Source: a virus
Taxonomy: Duplodnaviria; Caudoviricetes
Direction: 5' to 3' (one strand)
Virus record (IMG/VR): IMGVR_UViG_3300048577_000466
Location: 1 to 30,396 of that record
Length of the DNA stretch: 30,396 nt
Positions 27,111 through 30,396 of the stretch are shown piece after piece. Below the pieces are notes generated by a model. That model saw nothing but the letters and a program-made list of their open reading frames with translations, did no database searches and was not told the DNA's origin. The first letter of the stretch is position 1. Each line of letters opens with the position of its first letter. The position numbers were made by a program, and so were the translations under genes.

Positions 27111-27794
27111 TCAGTTTCCAAGCAATGGAATGTAGCGGTAGATGGTCTGCATTCCGTGCATGAGCGTGTCCCAGATAGAATGGATGACATGCATGTCTAT
27201 CTTCTGGATAGCAAGTTTGGCCAATTCGCCAATGACAAGAGTTAGAAATTGCTTCTTCGTTACATTGGTGGAACTCGCTTTGAGGTCGTCGAGAGCGTCA
27301 GCTATGCGTTTCAGTTGTTCGGCTGGGAGGTTGTTGGCTTCGCTGGCGGTCTGTTTTGCTGACTCGACTGCATTTGCGATTACATGCTGTTCCTGTGGTT
27401 GGAAGATATCGTCAAGGCTCTGACTAAAATAATCGACGAGAGTCTGGCTCGATGTTAAGTGTTCCCATGGATTGGGTGTCTCTAACTCCTTTCGTAGTGA
27501 AAGAAGCCAGATGTTGACGTCATTTAGTGTCGTACTCCAGTCGGATACTGCTTGCTCGGTTGTGCGTCCCAGTGGATGCGGGGAGTATTCGTTCCAGAGG
27601 CCCCCAAAGATGAAATAGTGGCCGGAATCCGTATGAACGCATTTAGTCGTTGTGAATGTTCCCGATTGGAAGCCATTATACTCTTGTCTGGTCAATTGCA
27701 GAAGCGAAAAGGCGGAGAGTGGATGAGTGGTATTGCTGATGGCGTTCGCTAAGTCCTGACGTTGTAGATTAGTTAAGCGAATATCTTTCGACAT
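27111..27794 (-). CDS. Hypothetical accessory protein
   Basis: 227 aa from ATG 27794 with AGGAG RBS; no recognised motif. Confidence 0.75.
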   Translation of the reverse strand: MSKDIRLTNLQRQDLANAISNTTHPLSAFSLLQLTRQEYNGFQSGTFTTTKCVHTDSGHYFIFGGLWNEYSPHPLGRTTEQAVSDWSTTLNDVNIWLLSLRKELETPNPWEHLTSSQTLVDYFSQSLDDIFQPQEQHVIANAVESAKQTASEANNLPAEQLKRIADALDDLKASSTNVTKKQFLTLVIGELAKLAIQKIDMHVIHSIWDTLMHGMQTIYRYIPLLGN

Positions 27795-27846
27795 GGGGGG
27801 CTCCTGGTGGGGGTGACTTCTGTCTTTGGTCGGCACCCCCACATGA

Positions 27847-28215
27847 CTACTTCTTGTATGCCTCCGCTACCGCCTGCTCTGCCTGTGCCAGCACATCATC
27901 AGGCACAGAGACGCCCTTCTTGGCCGCCAACCTGTCAAGTGCTAAGCGCACAGAATCGAGTGCCTGCGCCTTGGTGAGCTTGTTGGCTTTGGCGTAGTTG
28001 CTGATGCGGGTGATACTTGTGCTCCACCTGATGTCCGCTGATGCGGCCTTGGACCGTTTGGTGCGGCGTGGCGTGGCATCTGATCGCACGAGCACATAGG
28101 AGTAGCCCAGGTCGTTCAGGGCCTGCACTTCGGACTGTAGCTGTTCAACTGCCTTTTCTAATAGTTGCTGGCGTTTGGCGTCGAGATCCCGTAGCTGATC
28201 AAGTATGGATGGCAT
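27847..28215 (-). CDS. Small basic protein with an H-NS-like N-terminal coiled coil
   Basis: MPSILDQLRDLDAKRQQLLE...LNDLGY followed by a basic linker PRRTKRSK. Confidence 0.55.
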   Translation of the reverse strand: MPSILDQLRDLDAKRQQLLEKAVEQLQSEVQALNDLGYSYVLVRSDATPRRTKRSKAASADIRWSTSITRISNYAKANKLTKAQALDSVRLALDRLAAKKGVSVPDDVLAQAEQAVAEAYKK

Positions 28216-28347
28216 AAGGAGAGGATACCACCAGCAGAAGGTGCATCTCGCAGAGGTCAAAGCAAGTTACGCATCCGATTTCATCACCAAGAATAAAGAT
28301 AAGCTTCTCAAGATGGATCTGAATGTGTATGTGTGATCAAACAAACA

Positions 28348-28373
28348 GCAGACACACAAATGCCGCCATCGAG
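28348..28373 (+). repeat. 26-bp direct repeat, copy 1 (copy 2 at 29096-29121)
   Basis: GCAGACACACAAATGCCGCCATCGAG vs GCAGAAACAAAAATGCCGCCATCGAG, 24/26 identical. Confidence 0.8.
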
Positions 28374-28601
28374 GGAAACGTTGAAAAAGCTACTTAGTAC
28401 GTCGGTACTATTGTGCGGCAGTCCGAGAGGTTGATGCTGATTCCATTGGGTTTGAGTGCGGTGGAAATTGCAAATTGGAAGATGCGATAGTGATCTAATA
28501 TAGATGTATCTTTATAATGATTGACGCAATGCAATAGGGCCCGTATCCTGAAAACGTAGTGCAAGTACTGCGACACACTGAAGCGATGAAAAAGGATCAG
28601 C

Positions 28602-29048
28602 ATGCGTGAAATATTGAGTAAAGGGTATGGCGTCAGGAAACGGTTTTCTGCGACATTCGTGCGCCTCGGCAAGAAACGTGCATATCGAGGCTTCGGAACA
28701 AACGGAGACGGGACAGATGCAACACTCCTGTTGATGGATGTACGTGAGTTCGATTCAGGACGCATTGTTGCGGACCACTTGTGGTTCAACATGACAGTTG
28801 GATTCGAGGAAGTTAACGATGGAATGGGGTTGTTTGACGGCGAAATCGTCAGCTTCGATGCCAGAGTAGATTCCTACGTGAAGGGTTATCGACGAGATGA
28901 TTATGACTACAAACTGTCACGCCCCACCAAAGTGATTGCTCATAGCTGCCCTGACTGGGACGACTATGATGGTCCCGAACATTCGAGAGCGATTTCAGAG
29001 GCAATGCAAGCGAACAAGGCGAACTGCGACAAGCAATCCAACACTTGA
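28602..29048 (+). CDS. Hypothetical phage-type protein, possibly OB-fold
   Basis: AAGGA RBS; beta-rich with DHLWF, FDARV..Y.KGY and YKLSRPT motifs. Confidence 0.75.
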   Translation: MREILSKGYGVRKRFSATFVRLGKKRAYRGFGTNGDGTDATLLLMDVREFDSGRIVADHLWFNMTVGFEEVNDGMGLFDGEIVSFDARVDSYVKGYRRDDYDYKLSRPTKVIAHSCPDWDDYDGPEHSRAISEAMQANKANCDKQSNT

Positions 29049-29100
29049 TCAGACCATATCCAAAGAGTGCCTTGCTGGCGGCGTAGACAATAAACGCAGA

Positions 29101-29152
29101 AACAAAAATGCCGCCATCGAGATACAAAGTCTCTTTGGCGGCATTGTTGTTT
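29101..29152. terminator. Bidirectional terminator between the 148-aa gene and the integrase
   Basis: AATGCCGCCA/TGGCGGCATT stem with A-rich left and T-rich right flanks, between convergent genes. Confidence 0.75.
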
Positions 29153-29166
29153 GTGGAATTGCTACG

Positions 29167-30270
29167 CTACTTATCAGGACCGTAATCAAATGGTACTTCG
29201 ATTTCGGGTTCGAATGCGTTTTCTGCAAATCGCTTGATCTCATCAGGTGCGCCAGTCGTAGCGAAGTACTGTAATTCTCTTTTGCGGGATTGCTCATAGC
29301 GAGACATTGCAGTTGCCAAATCCGCCTCATCAACAACGTTGTATCTGTCGAACACGGATCTGGTTTTGTGTCCGCTGATTGCCATCGCAACGGCCTCAGG
29401 TGTGCCGCCACGTACCATGTTGCGAATTGCAGACCTACGCATATCGTGAAACAACAAACCCTTGAATTGGGGACCAGCAAGCGCACACGCCTTTTGCCAT
29501 CCTGTTCGAATATCGTGGATGGGCTTGCCACGGAAGGTGAAGACGTAATCTGACTTTGCAAATGGTCTGATGTCATCGAGGATCTGTTTCATCAGGTCGG
29601 TGAGTGGAATCACACGCCCTTGTTTGTTCTTGGTCTCACCAGGATGCAGACGGACGCAGTAGCGCAGCGTGTCACCAACACGGATCTCATCAATCTGGTT
29701 CCACTTCAAGCCAAGCACTTCTGACTTGCGGCAACCTGTCTCGAACGCAAAGAGCACTGGTGGCTTTAGGTGCTTTGGAAGCTTCTCGTACAACTGCCAG
29801 AAATCCATGTGGTCGAGAAAGCCCTTGCGCACGTTGTTCTCTTGGAGCAGTGAGAACCCTGGATAGGGCACGCCACGGAGCTTGTAGGCCCGCTGTAGGA
29901 GCGCCAAGCACCGATTGACGGTTGCATTCTTGTATTCGGCTTTCAGCATCGCCGCCACGAAGGATCTCAGGTCATCGGTTGAGAGACGGTCTGCCTTCAA
30001 ATCGCCAAAGACAGGGCGGATGTGCTTCTCGACGTAGGTGCGGCACCAAGCTGCATCCTTGCCATTGATTTCGTAGTCCTCGATCAGCGTGTCGAGCAGA
30101 CTGCCGATGCTGGCTTTCGTGGGCACCTTGTTGCCGACGATTCGCTGTGACAGGAATAGCTCTGCCTCTTTGCGGTTGGTCGTGTTGGTTGACTCTCTAA
30201 CCTGCTTGCCCTGGACCGTGTAGCGTGCCCACCAGTTGGCGCTTCCAGGCTTCTTGAAAAGTTGTCCCAT
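29167..30270 (-). CDS. int: Tyrosine recombinase (phage integrase)
   Basis: Catalytic R (TGCRKSE), K (ETKN), HxxR (HDMRR), H (SGHKT), Y (DRYN); arm-binding-type N-terminus; start MGQLFKK at 30270. Confidence 0.95.
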   Translation of the reverse strand: MGQLFKKPGSANWWARYTVQGKQVRESTNTTNRKEAELFLSQRIVGNKVPTKASIGSLLDTLIEDYEINGKDAAWCRTYVEKHIRPVFGDLKADRLSTDDLRSFVAAMLKAEYKNATVNRCLALLQRAYKLRGVPYPGFSLLQENNVRKGFLDHMDFWQLYEKLPKHLKPPVLFAFETGCRKSEVLGLKWNQIDEIRVGDTLRYCVRLHPGETKNKQGRVIPLTDLMKQILDDIRPFAKSDYVFTFRGKPIHDIRTGWQKACALAGPQFKGLLFHDMRRSAIRNMVRGGTPEAVAMAISGHKTRSVFDRYNVVDEADLATAMSRYEQSRKRELQYFATTGAPDEIKRFAENAFEPEIEVPFDYGPDK

Positions 30271-30281
30271 GCCAGCGACAT

Positions 30282-30315
30282 TAGCACAGTTGGTAGCACA
30301 GTTGTGGTAGCACAG
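30282..30315. repeat. Three TAGCACAG direct repeats, probable integrase arm-type sites
   Basis: Copies at 30282, 30294 and 30308, between int and the att core. Confidence 0.7.
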
Positions 30316-30320
30316 GAGCC

Positions 30321-30333
30321 TAAGTTGTTGATT
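30321..30333 (-). promoter_or_regulatory. IHF binding site in the att arm
   Basis: AATCAACAACTTA fits the consensus WATCAANNNNTTR exactly. Confidence 0.7.
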
Positions 30334-30360
30334 GGAAAGGTAGGAGGGAAGTGTTTGGAG

Positions 30361-30396
30361 GGAACCTAAATCCAGTGCGTCTGCCAGTTCCGCCAC
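30361..30396 (-). tRNA. 5' fragment of tRNA-Leu(UAG), truncated after the anticodon loop (att junction)
   Basis: GTGGCGGAACTGGCAGACGCACTGGATTTAGGTTCC is a D arm plus anticodon arm; the expected AG, variable arm and T arm are absent. Confidence 0.85.

Larger units (their letters stand above)
1..30360 (-). mobile_element. Integrated prophage or phage-satellite-like element with HK97-like head and siphovirus tail; left boundary not visible
   Basis: Integrase next to a tRNA fragment at the right end, plus a colinear terminase-portal-protease-capsid-neck-tail gene set. Confidence 0.93.

Noticed and set aside
27807-27842. GTGGGGGTG/CACCCCCAC hairpin as a terminator or riboswitch
   Set aside because: No U tract and no recognisable aptamer; at most an mRNA stability element before the RBS
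28394-28792. 132-aa minus-strand ORF (also 29049-29576 and 28936-29274)
   Set aside because: Overlap the better-supported 148-aa gene or the integrase
30271-30396. N-terminal extension of the 409-aa integrase ORF (MAELADALDLGS...)
   Set aside because: It is a translation of the tRNA fragment, IHF site and arm repeats; the integrase-like sequence starts at 30270

Overview
An integrated, HK97-like siphovirus element, read almost entirely on the minus strand. From the right end it contains: a 5'-half tRNA-Leu(UAG) fragment (att end, with an IHF site and arm-type repeats), a tyrosine integrase, about 5 kb of accessory genes (mostly membrane proteins), and a 1.1 kb non-coding region. That region holds a highly structured ~370-nt RNA candidate and a two-fold symmetric GAA-hairpin element. 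Then come a fibre module, two HNH genes, terS/terL/portal/protease/capsid, neck genes with an embedded GT2 glycosyltransferase, tail genes with a -1 frameshift, a 1874-aa tail/adhesin protein, a holin-like gene and a further accessory gene. The main anomaly is that I recognise no repressor, replication gene, full sigma factor or endolysin, yet the morphogenesis genes are repeatedly preceded by a T4-late-promoter-like box (9 ATAAATA and 2 CTAAATA, all on the coding strand near gene starts), often right after or inside a terminator. My hypothesis (inference) is a satellite that encodes its own virion but borrows late transcription and replication from a T4-like helper phage. All calls come from reading motifs by eye with no database searches, and the left end of the element lies outside the window.
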